Assembly: GCA_963845065.1 (NCBI GenBank)
Contig: CAWJQQ010000009.1
Location: 1,120,001 to 1,184,000 of the forward strand
From: Nitrospirota bacterium
Lineage (GTDB): Bacteria > Nitrospirota > UBA9217
Direction: 5' to 3'
Length of the DNA: 64,000 bases
This document shows positions 28,523-37,649 of this stretch, piece after piece. Numbering within the stretch: the stretch's first letter is position 1; every line of letters starts with the position of its first letter. A model generated the notes under the pieces. It had not been told where the DNA came from and made no database searches. It saw only the letters and a list, made by a program, of their open reading frames with translations. The position numbers and the translations under genes are program-made.

Positions 28523-30912
28523 TGGCAAAAGATAAAATAACGGCCCCCCCGAATCTGCGAGACAAATATCCATCAATCAACACCGTGCCTGAGCCGGCGG
28601 TGATGAAGCCGAAGGCGAAGCGCTATATTCCCGTCCCCGGCGCCGAGGCCGCCGGGGCATTCAATCCGGACAATCCTTATGCGTACTGGTCCGGAGACAA
28701 TCCCTTCCTCCGTGCATACAATCCCGATGACCTGGTAAAGTCCAAGGGCATCCTGATTTACAAGCATATGACGCGCGAGCCATTCATCAAGGCCGCGCTT
28801 ATGCAGAAGAAGACCGCGCTTCTTTCCGTTCCCTGGGACGTAAAGCCGGCATCACAGGATCCTGAGCATTTGAAGCATGCCCGGTTCATCAAGTATGTAT
28901 TAAAAAACATAGCAGGCGGATTCCAGCGGGACCTTTTCGAGATGTGCGATGCACTTGATTGCGGATATGCGATCATGGAGAAAATCCCCGCGATCGTCGC
29001 AAGCGGCGAGTGGGCCGGGAAAGTAGTCTATAGCGCGCTGAAGAGCAAGGACCCCGAATACTTTGCTTTCAACTTCGATCAGTATATGAATCTTCGGCCG
29101 GATATCGGCGTTGTGATGCTCCTGGCCGCGGATGGGCGCGTATATGTAGGGCTTCCTCCGGAAAAGTTTTTCGTCTTCTCCTACCTCAAGCGTTATGAGA
29201 ACTGGTACGGCACAAGCGATCTCCGCGCGACATACCGGGCCTTCTGGATCAAGGACACAGCCTGGAAACTCCGGTCTGTATACATGGAACGCTTCTCCGG
29301 AAAAAATCTTAAAGGCAAATACCCGCGCAACAAAGAAGCAAACCAGAATAAGGAAGCGCTCCTTGCCATCTTCCGCGCGTGGCAGAACGAAACCGGGATC
29401 GCGATCCCGAATGATCTCGAGGTAGAGGCGATGGAGGTGGCCGTCTCGAGCGAGAGCGAATATTCCCGCTCAATCTCTGACTGTAATAAGGAGATCTCGA
29501 TCGGGATCCTGGGAGAAGCCTTGACCGTGGATGAAGGCAAGAAGACAGGCTCCCGGAATATGGGCGAGATCCACAAGGAGGTTGCGGACCTTCAGGTACT
29601 CTTCCTCGATGCCGTGCTCACGTCGGACATCAATGAGCAGCTCGTCCGGCAGATCATCGATATCAATTTTGCCGCAGTGGATGCATACCCGGAATTTTTC
29701 TTCTTCCCGCGCGAGGACTATGATCCCGTCGCATTCGGACAGTTCCTCACCTCGATGCAGGAGATCGGCATGCCCTTATCGAAAAACTGGATCCAGCTCC
29801 GGACCCGGATGCCTGAACCTGCAGGACCAGGCGATACACTCATTCCGATCGCTGCCGCATCGGCAACCGCGCCAAAGCCGGCCAATGCATCATCTCTCGA
29901 GAATCAGACCTCATTCTCAGAGAAAAAAGTTGCTGGCGGTTCACCGGGGCCCTATTATCGGCCGCTCGATAAGCATGAGCAGTTCGCCGAGGTCCAGAAT
30001 ATTGATAAGCAGACTATGGCGCTGGTGGCCGGCGCAAAGGCCCAGGCATCTCCGGCCTATTTAAAGATCAAGGCAGCAATCCTTGATCAGGTCCAGAAAA
30101 AACAAGTGCTCGAGAACAAAGACTTCGAGGCAGCCGCGAAGATTTCCGTGAACACAAAGCCCCTGCAGGAGGTCTTTCAGCAAACTCTTCTTACTGCAGA
30201 TCTGATGGGCCGCGCTTCCGCGGTGAAGAACATAAAGAACCAGGGATTCAGCATCAAGGGGCTCGTAAAGAAGTTTGCCGAATCGGACAACTGGGAAAAC
30301 ATCGATGCGCCGGTCGGACCCGAGGAAGCTGTTAAATACTTCTCCGGCAAAATTCCGATGACGAAGGAAGAGTATCAAGCGCTCATCGATGCGAAGTATC
30401 AGCAGGCCTTCTACGTGGCTGGTCTCGAGAAGACCCAGATCACCAAGGATGTGCAAAATCTTCTTACCCAGGCATTGAAGAACGGTTGGGACTATAAAAA
30501 ATTTAAATTCGAGCTTGACCGCACATTCGACGAATATGCGAAGTCGAACTGGGAGCAGCAGGGTACTACGAGCGAGAAGATCACCGATGCCCATGCCGAG
30601 ACTGTTTTTCGGACAAACATCATGGACGCTTACAATCAGGGCCGGAAAGAAGTTCTATCAGATCCTGACGTCATGGAGGATTTTCCGGCCTGGATGCTTT
30701 CCTGCATACTAGACGGCAGAACGAGGCCCTGGCATGCGGATATGGATGGCGCAACGTTTCTTGCCAACGATCCCATCTGGGACAGAATCACTCCTCCGAA
30801 CGGATACAACTGCCGTGAGGTGATTGTCCCGATCAATAAATACGATTTCACCACAGACATGCTCTGGGATGAGAGCGATATCCCGAGCGATTATCCCGAC
30901 CCCGGGTTTTAA
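28522..30912 (+). CDS. Portal protein (Mu gp29/DUF935-like) fused to head morphogenesis domain (Mu gp30/SPP1 gp7-like)
   Basis: N-terminal YGTSDLR..Y, CNKEIS..ILG, LV..IIDINF; C-terminal RTN...AYN.GR, DGRTRPWH, PPNGYNCR. Confidence 0.88.
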   Translation: MAKDKITAPPNLRDKYPSINTVPEPAVMKPKAKRYIPVPGAEAAGAFNPDNPYAYWSGDNPFLRAYNPDDLVKSKGILIYKHMTREPFIKAALMQKKTALLSVPWDVKPASQDPEHLKHARFIKYVLKNIAGGFQRDLFEMCDALDCGYAIMEKIPAIVASGEWAGKVVYSALKSKDPEYFAFNFDQYMNLRPDIGVVMLLAADGRVYVGLPPEKFFVFSYLKRYENWYGTSDLRATYRAFWIKDTAWKLRSVYMERFSGKNLKGKYPRNKEANQNKEALLAIFRAWQNETGIAIPNDLEVEAMEVAVSSESEYSRSISDCNKEISIGILGEALTVDEGKKTGSRNMGEIHKEVADLQVLFLDAVLTSDINEQLVRQIIDINFAAVDAYPEFFFFPREDYDPVAFGQFLTSMQEIGMPLSKNWIQLRTRMPEPAGPGDTLIPIAAASATAPKPANASSLENQTSFSEKKVAGGSPGPYYRPLDKHEQFAEVQNIDKQTMALVAGAKAQASPAYLKIKAAILDQVQKKQVLENKDFEAAAKISVNTKPLQEVFQQTLLTADLMGRASAVKNIKNQGFSIKGLVKKFAESDNWENIDAPVGPEEAVKYFSGKIPMTKEEYQALIDAKYQQAFYVAGLEKTQITKDVQNLLTQALKNGWDYKKFKFELDRTFDEYAKSNWEQQGTTSEKITDAHAETVFRTNIMDAYNQGRKEVLSDPDVMEDFPAWMLSCILDGRTRPWHADMDGATFLANDPIWDRITPPNGYNCREVIVPINKYDFTTDMLWDESDIPSDYPDPGF

Positions 30913-30927
30913 AGGAGAGGCAAGATC

Positions 30928-32274
30928 ATGGCAATCATTGTAAATAAAAAAGGCAAGTCCCACGCGATGGCGCTGGTCAACTCCGGGAAGGTGGATAAAG
31001 GAGACTCCTGGTCATTCTCGGGGGAGGACGGCAACAAGCTCCTGGGAGATAAGGGCGATGACTGGGGAGAATACTCAAAGTGGTTTTTCGCCGAGGATAC
31101 GTCCGCGGCCGAGAACACGAAAGACCGCTATAAATATCCCTTTGGTAAGGACGGCAAGGTGTTTCGCAGAGGAGTGATTGCAGCAAAGTCCCGGGCGGCG
31201 CAGCAGGATGAGACGGAGATTGCGGATGCCGCCGATACCGTGCTCCAGAAGATCGATAAAAATGAAAAAACAAATTTGGCTGAGCTCAAGGATATCGAGA
31301 TCTTTCAGGGAGGCACCTATCGGGGAAGGACCTATGATGATGCGAAGCTCGATGAGATCGTGAAAAACACGAATGAGTTTATTTCCGAGATCAAGCCTGT
31401 GGCCGTGATCGGGCATGATGAGAACCAGGACCTTCTGAAGAAGTCCGGGCTTTTCTCCGCCGGCTGGATGACTCCAGTGAAGAAGGTTGGTTCAAAGATC
31501 TTGGCCAGCTTCAAGGATGTGCCGCAGGTTGTGGCTGATGTCATCAACAAGGGCGCATACAAGCGGATGAGCTCGGAAATCTATAACGACTATAACGGCA
31601 AAGGCCTTGCCATTCGCCGTGTAGCAATCCTCGGAGGAGATATCCCCGAGGTAAAAACCCTTCAGGACATCGCGGCGCTCTACGCCGAAAGTCCGGAGAA
31701 GGAAACCATATGGATCGGATTCAATGAATCTGACCAGTCGAGAAAGGAAAATACGATGAAAAAATGTACATCAGACTCATGCGGTAAAGACATGGCGGAC
31801 GATGCCAAATTCTGCCCGAGCTGCGGGAAGAAGGCCGCGTCCCAGGAAAACATGGCCGAAGAGCTTGTAACGTTACGCGCTGAGAACGCAAAACTTAAAG
31901 GCGAGAAAACGCAGGCCATCACGAAACTGTCCGAGGAGCAGAAAAAAATCAAAAAGAACGAGATCCACACATTCTGCGAAACCCAGCTGAAAGATGGCAA
32001 GCTTATCCCGGCCATACAGGCAGCTGGTATCGAGAGTTTCATGGAATCACTCGAGAGCGATACTACCGTGATCAAATTCGGAGAAGGTGATAAGGCCAAG
32101 GAACTTTCACAGCTCGATTGGTTCAAGGGCTTCCTGTCTCAGTTCGGCAAGATCATTCACTTTGGCGAGCTCGCCGAAGGATTTGCGGAGCCGAACAAGG
32201 ACGATGACGTAAAGAAGATGGCAGCAGCGATCGCCAAGGGCGCCCCGGCACCGACGGGAAGAGCCAAAAAGTAA
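30928..32274 (+). CDS. Mu gpI-like head maturation protease with nested scaffold
   Basis: IEIF..G.Y, IGHD, AGW, YKRMSSEIY, VAILG..P.VK.L; internal RBS and ATG at 31756. Confidence 0.82.
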   Translation: MAIIVNKKGKSHAMALVNSGKVDKGDSWSFSGEDGNKLLGDKGDDWGEYSKWFFAEDTSAAENTKDRYKYPFGKDGKVFRRGVIAAKSRAAQQDETEIADAADTVLQKIDKNEKTNLAELKDIEIFQGGTYRGRTYDDAKLDEIVKNTNEFISEIKPVAVIGHDENQDLLKKSGLFSAGWMTPVKKVGSKILASFKDVPQVVADVINKGAYKRMSSEIYNDYNGKGLAIRRVAILGGDIPEVKTLQDIAALYAESPEKETIWIGFNESDQSRKENTMKKCTSDSCGKDMADDAKFCPSCGKKAASQENMAEELVTLRAENAKLKGEKTQAITKLSEEQKKIKKNEIHTFCETQLKDGKLIPAIQAAGIESFMESLESDTTVIKFGEGDKAKELSQLDWFKGFLSQFGKIIHFGELAEGFAEPNKDDDVKKMAAAIAKGAPAPTGRAKK

Positions 32275-32398
32275 CGTGCTATCGAATGTAGCAATTTGTT
32301 ATCAAATATGATAATTGGCCAAATTAGCTAATTTAGCCAATATCAAAAACTCTGGCTTCCTGCCTTTACTTGCAGGAATGGCAGAAAGAGAGGAACCC

Positions 32399-33253
32399 AT
32401 GAAAAAGAAAAACCTTATCACGACGGCGCTGGCGATCCTGGTATCGCTCGCCATCTTATGCGGTGTCATCATGGCCCTGTCCCTGATGAATAGTCCGGCT
32501 ACGATCATCGTGCCGGCAGCTTTTCTGGTGATCGGATATTTGGCCCTTATTGGATCCTCCCGGCTTCTGTATAGCCAGGTCGGTTCCGTAACTGAAGACA
32601 ATGGTTTAGATACTAATGCATTTGTCTTCGATAACCTGGTGCTCGATGATGATTACTATACTACACCGATCACGCTTCTTTCCGGGCAGGCCAATCTTGC
32701 GCGAGGCGCACTTTTGGGCTGTCAGACAATTTCATGTCCTACCACGGGGACAAAGAATGCGGGTAATACCGGCGCAGGTACTTGTACCAGCGTTACCCCT
32801 GGCATAAATACGAAGCTCGGGACGTATACGCTTACTTGCATTACCGCGGCAACTGGTGGGGGCACGTTCCAGGTCGTAGATCCCATGGGAGCATCACTTC
32901 CCAATGCCAAGGTTGGTACTGCCTTCGCCGATCCGCAGCTGAATTTCACGCTGAATGCCAGCGGAGCAGATTTCATAGTTGGCGATTCATTCACCATCGC
33001 GATTGCGGCCGGCAGCGGGAAATACGTCCTGTCCCTTGCAGCATCCACGGATGGTTCACAGGCCCCATGCGCAATCCTTGTCAAGAATACCGATGCAACC
33101 GGCGGCGACACGCTTACGAGTGCGTACACCTTCGGCAAGTTCAACACGAACGGCATCACTTTTGGCACGGGCCAGACTGCAGCAGGCGTGATGAATGCGT
33201 TGCGCGTGCTAGGAATCTTCCTGGGCACGAGCCTGAGCACTGCCGGCCAGTAA
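32399..33253 (+). CDS. Head decoration protein (lambda gpD-like) with N-terminal two-TM leader
   Basis: ITLLSGQANLARGALLG, DGSQ.P.AIL....DAT, G.FN; RBS AGAGGA; residues 1-62 hydrophobic. Confidence 0.85.
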   Translation: MKKKNLITTALAILVSLAILCGVIMALSLMNSPATIIVPAAFLVIGYLALIGSSRLLYSQVGSVTEDNGLDTNAFVFDNLVLDDDYYTTPITLLSGQANLARGALLGCQTISCPTTGTKNAGNTGAGTCTSVTPGINTKLGTYTLTCITAATGGGTFQVVDPMGASLPNAKVGTAFADPQLNFTLNASGADFIVGDSFTIAIAAGSGKYVLSLAASTDGSQAPCAILVKNTDATGGDTLTSAYTFGKFNTNGITFGTGQTAAGVMNALRVLGIFLGTSLSTAGQ

Positions 33254-33287
33254 GGCCGCAGAATAACGAAAGAGAGGAGAAATTATC

Positions 33288-34538
33288 ATGAAAAACACGT
33301 TCAAGGCCATGGCATCGCTCTGGATAGTCCTGGCCTCGCTCATAATCATCACGGCGCTCGCATTCGCGGGGATGCATGCCGTTTCTGCCATGTCCCCGCA
33401 AGCAGCAGGTGCCGCCTTATTGGTTGTGCTTCTGGCGACAGTCCTAATGGTGAAGTCGCGGCCTTTAAATCAGGCCGGGACTCTCCCGATCGATCTCTTT
33501 ACGACCCGTACCATGCTTGCGGCCATCGAGCAGATGTATATCCCCAGGTCGTTTCTGCTTGATACATTTTTCAAAAATATCGAGACCTCAATGACGGAAG
33601 TTGTCGATATCGATTTATACAAAGGCGCTCGCAGGCTGGCTCCGTTCGTTCAGCCATTTGCCCAGGGCAAGGTCATAGACCGGATCGGCTGGACCACCCG
33701 GACATTCAAGCCGCCTTACATCAAGGAAAAGATACCTACCCAGGTTGTTCAGATCCTGAAGCGCCAGATGGGCGCCACGATCTATCAGGGCGGCATGACA
33801 CCGGCTGAGAAGGCTGCGGCGCAGCTCGGGAAGGACATGCTCGAGCTCATCCAGATGATCCAGCGGCGCGAGGAATGGATGGCCTCGCAGATCCTGCAGA
33901 ATGGCCTCGTCCGCTGCGTGGGCGATGACATGGATGTGACGGTCAATTTCCTTATGAACACTACTCACCTGATCACGCTTTCCGGCGCAGCGCTTTGGTC
34001 GGCAACGACAACTGCTACGCCAATCACCAACCTTCGGACCTGGAAGAGGCTCGTAGCGCAGGATTCCGGCATTGTGCCGGATACTGTCGTTTTCGGGCAG
34101 AATGTCATCCAGGAGTTCCTAGCGAATACCGTCGAAGTCCTGGTCCAGGGCGCGCTTGCCTCAGTAAGGATCGATCGTGGTCAGATCGATCCGGAAAATC
34201 TGCCTGAGGGCGTGACGTACTGGGGCTATCTGAAAGATCCGGGCCTCGACGTCTACACCTATGATGAATGGTACATCGACCCGGTAACCGGCCTTACGCA
34301 GCCCATGGTCCCTGCGGACATGATTTTCATGGGATCCACAAGAGCACGGACAGCGCGTCATTACGGCGCCATCCAGGACCTCAAAGCGTTGAATGGCGAA
34401 TTAGCGTCTGTTCAGTATTTCCCCAAGATGTGGGAAGAGGAAGATCCTTCCGTTCGCTGGCTTATGGTCCAGAGCGCGCCGATCCCGTGCATGCATCAAC
34501 CCGATGCGTTCCTGGCTGCCACCGTTTCAATTGCTTAA
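33288..34538 (+). CDS. Major capsid protein (lambda gpE family) with N-terminal two-TM leader
   Basis: DLF...ML.AI.....P..FL.DTFF, LAPFV.P, RREEWMA.Q.L, DPSVRWLMVQSAPIP; RBS GAGGAG. Confidence 0.92.
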   Translation: MKNTFKAMASLWIVLASLIIITALAFAGMHAVSAMSPQAAGAALLVVLLATVLMVKSRPLNQAGTLPIDLFTTRTMLAAIEQMYIPRSFLLDTFFKNIETSMTEVVDIDLYKGARRLAPFVQPFAQGKVIDRIGWTTRTFKPPYIKEKIPTQVVQILKRQMGATIYQGGMTPAEKAAAQLGKDMLELIQMIQRREEWMASQILQNGLVRCVGDDMDVTVNFLMNTTHLITLSGAALWSATTTATPITNLRTWKRLVAQDSGIVPDTVVFGQNVIQEFLANTVEVLVQGALASVRIDRGQIDPENLPEGVTYWGYLKDPGLDVYTYDEWYIDPVTGLTQPMVPADMIFMGSTRARTARHYGAIQDLKALNGELASVQYFPKMWEEEDPSVRWLMVQSAPIPCMHQPDAFLAATVSIA

Positions 34539-34567
34539 TCGAATTAAGCAGACGATATAGTCACATC

Positions 34568-34597
34568 GGGGCGGGAATTTGCTCCCGCCCCCTATCT
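34568..34597 (+). terminator. Hairpin/terminator after major capsid gene
   Basis: GGGGCGGGA-ATTTGC-TCCCGCCCC stem, weak U-tract. Confidence 0.6.
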
Positions 34598-34617
34598 TAG
34601 CTTGAAAGGGAGCTTCC

Positions 34618-34929
34618 ATGAAAATAACGGCGATAAAAAGGATTGAAACAGGGCCGAAACCGCAAGACCATCACAACCCGGAGGCGACATTCGAAGTCGA
34701 TGATAAGGAAGGACAGCGCCTTATCAAGCTCGGCGTGGCTTGCGCGGCGAAAGACGGTTCCGGAAAGTCCGAGGATGATAACAGGCTCAAGGGACCGGAA
34801 TTGATTGAGCTTATCAAGTCCTGCAAAACGGCGGAGGAAATTACTCATCTTATCGATGGTGAAAAACGCGTGACCGTACTCGATGCGGCTGCAAAGAAAA
34901 TCGAGGAGCTCTCTTCTTTGAAGGGATAA
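34618..34929 (+). CDS. Small head-associated protein
   Basis: Position after MCP; EGQRLI.LG and EKRVTVL.A motifs. Confidence 0.6.
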   Translation: MKITAIKRIETGPKPQDHHNPEATFEVDDKEGQRLIKLGVACAAKDGSGKSEDDNRLKGPELIELIKSCKTAEEITHLIDGEKRVTVLDAAAKKIEELSSLKG

Positions 34930-34932
34930 TCT

Positions 34933-35403
34933 ATGTCCTATTGCACGCAGCAAGACATGCTCGATCTTGAAATGACCGAAGACGAGCTTACACAGCTGAT
35001 GGATGATGAGGACCTCGGGGCAATCGACGGCCCCGACGCCCAGCGAAGGATCGCCCTGGCAGGCGTTCAGGGTGATGCCCTGATTGACGGCTATTGTCAG
35101 GGAAGATATTCAGTGCCATTTAGTCCCGTCCCGCCGATCGTGAATGGATGGTCGGCGACGCTCATGGCATTCAATCTTTACCGGAACCGGCCGAAGCCCG
35201 CTCCCCTTATCGATAGATATAACAAAGTCATGAGCTGGCTGTCGGACATCGATGCGGGAGGAAGAGCTATTCCCAACTGCACTGAATCCGATTCATACAG
35301 CGTGCCGGAAAGCACTACGGATGGCTTCGTCCAGACATTTCAAAGGCAGCAGCGGGATTCTGATGATAATGTCGTCATCCCGGGAACGATGGAGGTCTGG
35401 TAG
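34933..35403 (+). CDS. Head-tail adaptor (Mu gp36/DUF1320-like)
   Basis: MSYCTQQD, IDGYCQGRYSVP, RY..V..WL..I. Confidence 0.85.
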   Translation: MSYCTQQDMLDLEMTEDELTQLMDDEDLGAIDGPDAQRRIALAGVQGDALIDGYCQGRYSVPFSPVPPIVNGWSATLMAFNLYRNRPKPAPLIDRYNKVMSWLSDIDAGGRAIPNCTESDSYSVPESTTDGFVQTFQRQQRDSDDNVVIPGTMEVW

Positions 35404-35930
35404 TGGAGGAAAGCATCAAAATAACAGGTATCCAGGAAGTCAAGGACCTCCTGAAACAGATCCAGGACAATATAGCGAATGTGTCCCCATTCCTTAAAAG
35501 CGCCGGCATCGTGATCGTCGAGTCAGTCATGCAGAACTTTATGGAAGGCGGCAGGCCTGATCCCTGGGAACCGCTGAAAGAGACTACGCTCGAGCGCCGG
35601 GCCCGGGGACGATCGGATTATAAGACATATCAATCCGGACAGAACAAGGGGCGCTGGACCAAGGGCACGGCTGAGAAATATATCATGGCCGGGGCGCAGC
35701 CGCTCCGGGATAACGGCATCCTGATGGCCTCGATCGGGAATATTGCGGGTGATGGGATCTTCGAGATGGTTGAGGACGGCCTTGCGGTCGGCACAACTGT
35801 GCAAGCTGCGCGATTTCTCCAAATAGGTACGAAGTGGATGGTTGCCCGGCCGTTCATGATGGTCCAGACCGAGGACGTCGACACGATCGCTAAAATGGCT
35901 GCGGAGCATGCCATGAAAGGGACAGGATAA
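35403..35930 (+). CDS. Virion morphogenesis protein (Mu gpG-like)
   Basis: NF..GGRP..WEPL...T, LRDNG.L..SI, ARPFM. Confidence 0.85.
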   Translation: MEESIKITGIQEVKDLLKQIQDNIANVSPFLKSAGIVIVESVMQNFMEGGRPDPWEPLKETTLERRARGRSDYKTYQSGQNKGRWTKGTAEKYIMAGAQPLRDNGILMASIGNIAGDGIFEMVEDGLAVGTTVQAARFLQIGTKWMVARPFMMVQTEDVDTIAKMAAEHAMKGTG

Positions 35931-36368
35931 ATGGCTGGCCAGGGAATGAATGATCTGCTGGAAGCGATTAAGGCGCAGATTGCCGCAGAAGTATCCGATT
36001 ACGGCAGCGAGAAGGCCATTCATTTAGTTCCAATTGAAGACGCTCTTCCGGAGGCCACTCCGTTTCCCTGTGTTGGACTTAAGGATGGCCCGATCCAGAC
36101 GGATTACAGCAGTGGCAGCAGGACAACCCTTACAGTGGACATCGTGGTCTACGTAAAGATCAATACGCTCTATGGCTTCATTATCGGGAAAGGGACCCAG
36201 AAGGGGATCCACCAGCTGGAAGATGCAACCCGGAATTGCCTGGAGAACTGGGATCCGGACGGGTTTCTCTGGGAGCCGAGCATCATTCGGGACCCCGCAC
36301 TTCCGGGCAAGTTTGGAGATGTCGCTATTGAGAAAAAAAAATTTACGATGAGGTGGGTGACGGCATGA
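35931..36368 (+). CDS. Probable tail completion/terminator protein
   Basis: Position; FPCVGLKDG motif. Confidence 0.55.
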   Translation: MAGQGMNDLLEAIKAQIAAEVSDYGSEKAIHLVPIEDALPEATPFPCVGLKDGPIQTDYSSGSRTTLTVDIVVYVKINTLYGFIIGKGTQKGIHQLEDATRNCLENWDPDGFLWEPSIIRDPALPGKFGDVAIEKKKFTMRWVTA

Positions 36369-36703
36369 ATGGATCCTTACAAGGACTGAAAAACTTATGG
36401 CGTGATCGGAGGGGCCACGCGCACAAAAAGATGATCGTGGCACTTTTCCTGTATATCTTCATTTTCCTTACCACATTGGCCTATGGCGCATCATCCATGA
36501 ACGAGCAGGCCTCTGACGTGATCGCATTAGTGCTTGTCCTGGTCGGGACGATCCAGGGTCTTGTCAGCTATATCTACATCACAGGAATAAAAGACCTTAA
36601 ATCGAGCATTGAAAAACTCTTCGAAGAAGACAGGCGCCTGGAGGAACGTAAGCTCGATAAGACCGATCATACAATCCTCTGCGGGAAGGTCAATGTAAGA
36701 TGA
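36365..36703 (+). CDS. Membrane protein at the start of the lysis cassette (holin-like) with Flp-type leader
   Basis: LKNLWRDRRG, two hydrophobic helices, coiled-coil tail. Confidence 0.6.
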   Translation: MNGSLQGLKNLWRDRRGHAHKKMIVALFLYIFIFLTTLAYGASSMNEQASDVIALVLVLVGTIQGLVSYIYITGIKDLKSSIEKLFEEDRRLEERKLDKTDHTILCGKVNVR

Positions 36704-36810
36704 TCCGTCTTAAATGGCATAGGTGCTGCCCGATCTGCGGCACACCCATTACGAAAGATCGTGATGAGGACACATTCAAGTGTGAGTGCTGCGGATGGCA
36801 GGAACGATAA
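36700..36810 (+). CDS. 36-aa zinc-ribbon peptide (below ORF-track cutoff)
   Basis: ATGA overlap with upstream stop; CPICG...CECCG. Confidence 0.5.
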   Translation: MIRLKWHRCCPICGTPITKDRDEDTFKCECCGWQER

Positions 36811-36859
36811 AAAAATTTGATTGTCCTCTTTGCGTGAGGTTCCAAAAGGAGGTTTGGAT

Positions 36860-37348
36860 ATGTCTGATACATTGAGAAAACGGATCATCCAGGCATGGGA
36901 AGAACAGGAAGAAAAACGTCTTGAACTTGAGGAGGGAGAACGTCATTTTCCCTATCGAGACAGTAGGGGGATATGGACAATCGGGGTAGGTCATAACATT
37001 GAAGCTGATCCGGTTATGAAACCTGATCTTAATACCCTTATGAAAACCGGGCTTTCGGAAGATCAGATCCGTTCTATCCTTGATCTGGATGTAGCCAAAG
37101 CGGAGAAATCTTTATTTTCTACCTATCCATGGGCGGCAAATCTGGACGAAGCGCGGCGTGAGGTTCTCGTCGACATGACCTTTAACATGGGAATTAACAA
37201 GCTTATGCAGTTCCATAACTCACTGATGGAGATCCAGTCTGGTGAGTATCATGCCGCTGCAGCGAGGCTCGCGCAATCGGAATGGTATCGGGAAGTCGGC
37301 AGCCGGGCAGTTCATTTGTGCCAAATCCTGGATACGGGGGTGGCATAA
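36860..37348 (+). CDS. Endolysin, T4-type lysozyme (GH24)
   Basis: E-x8-D-x5-T triad in EEGERHFPYRDSRGIWTIGVGH; M.FNMG; S.WY..VG.RA. Confidence 0.92.
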   Translation: MSDTLRKRIIQAWEEQEEKRLELEEGERHFPYRDSRGIWTIGVGHNIEADPVMKPDLNTLMKTGLSEDQIRSILDLDVAKAEKSLFSTYPWAANLDEARREVLVDMTFNMGINKLMQFHNSLMEIQSGEYHAAAARLAQSEWYREVGSRAVHLCQILDTGVA

Positions 37349-37349
37349 C

Positions 37350-37634
37350 ATGAAATTTAATCTTACCCGGGACAAACAGACCGGCGAACACGCGATGAAC
37401 CGGATCCTCGTTCTTGTTACGGCCGGCGTGCTTTCCACCGGTTTTCTGAAAGAGTCATGGATGAGGCCGCTGGGTTTGTGGGATTGGCTTGGCTATTCAT
37501 GCGGCATGGCCCTTTCCTACGCGCCTTCTGCCGTGGTGAAAGTTATCCAGGCATGGCGAGGACAGGGGACGGATACGCCGCCGCCCGATGGCCCCGCAGC
37601 CGCGCAACCACCTGCCCCTGATGGCGTAAATTGA
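37350..37634 (+). CDS. Holin/antiholin-like membrane protein
   Basis: Hydrophobic segments; lies between endolysin and spanin. Confidence 0.5.
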   Translation: MKFNLTRDKQTGEHAMNRILVLVTAGVLSTGFLKESWMRPLGLWDWLGYSCGMALSYAPSAVVKVIQAWRGQGTDTPPPDGPAAAQPPAPDGVN

Positions 37635-37649
37635 AGGAGGGAGAGAACT

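Noticed and set aside
32315..32398. N-terminal extension of the decoration protein from TTG 32315
   Set aside because: No RBS and lies within palindromes; ATG 32399 has a good SD.
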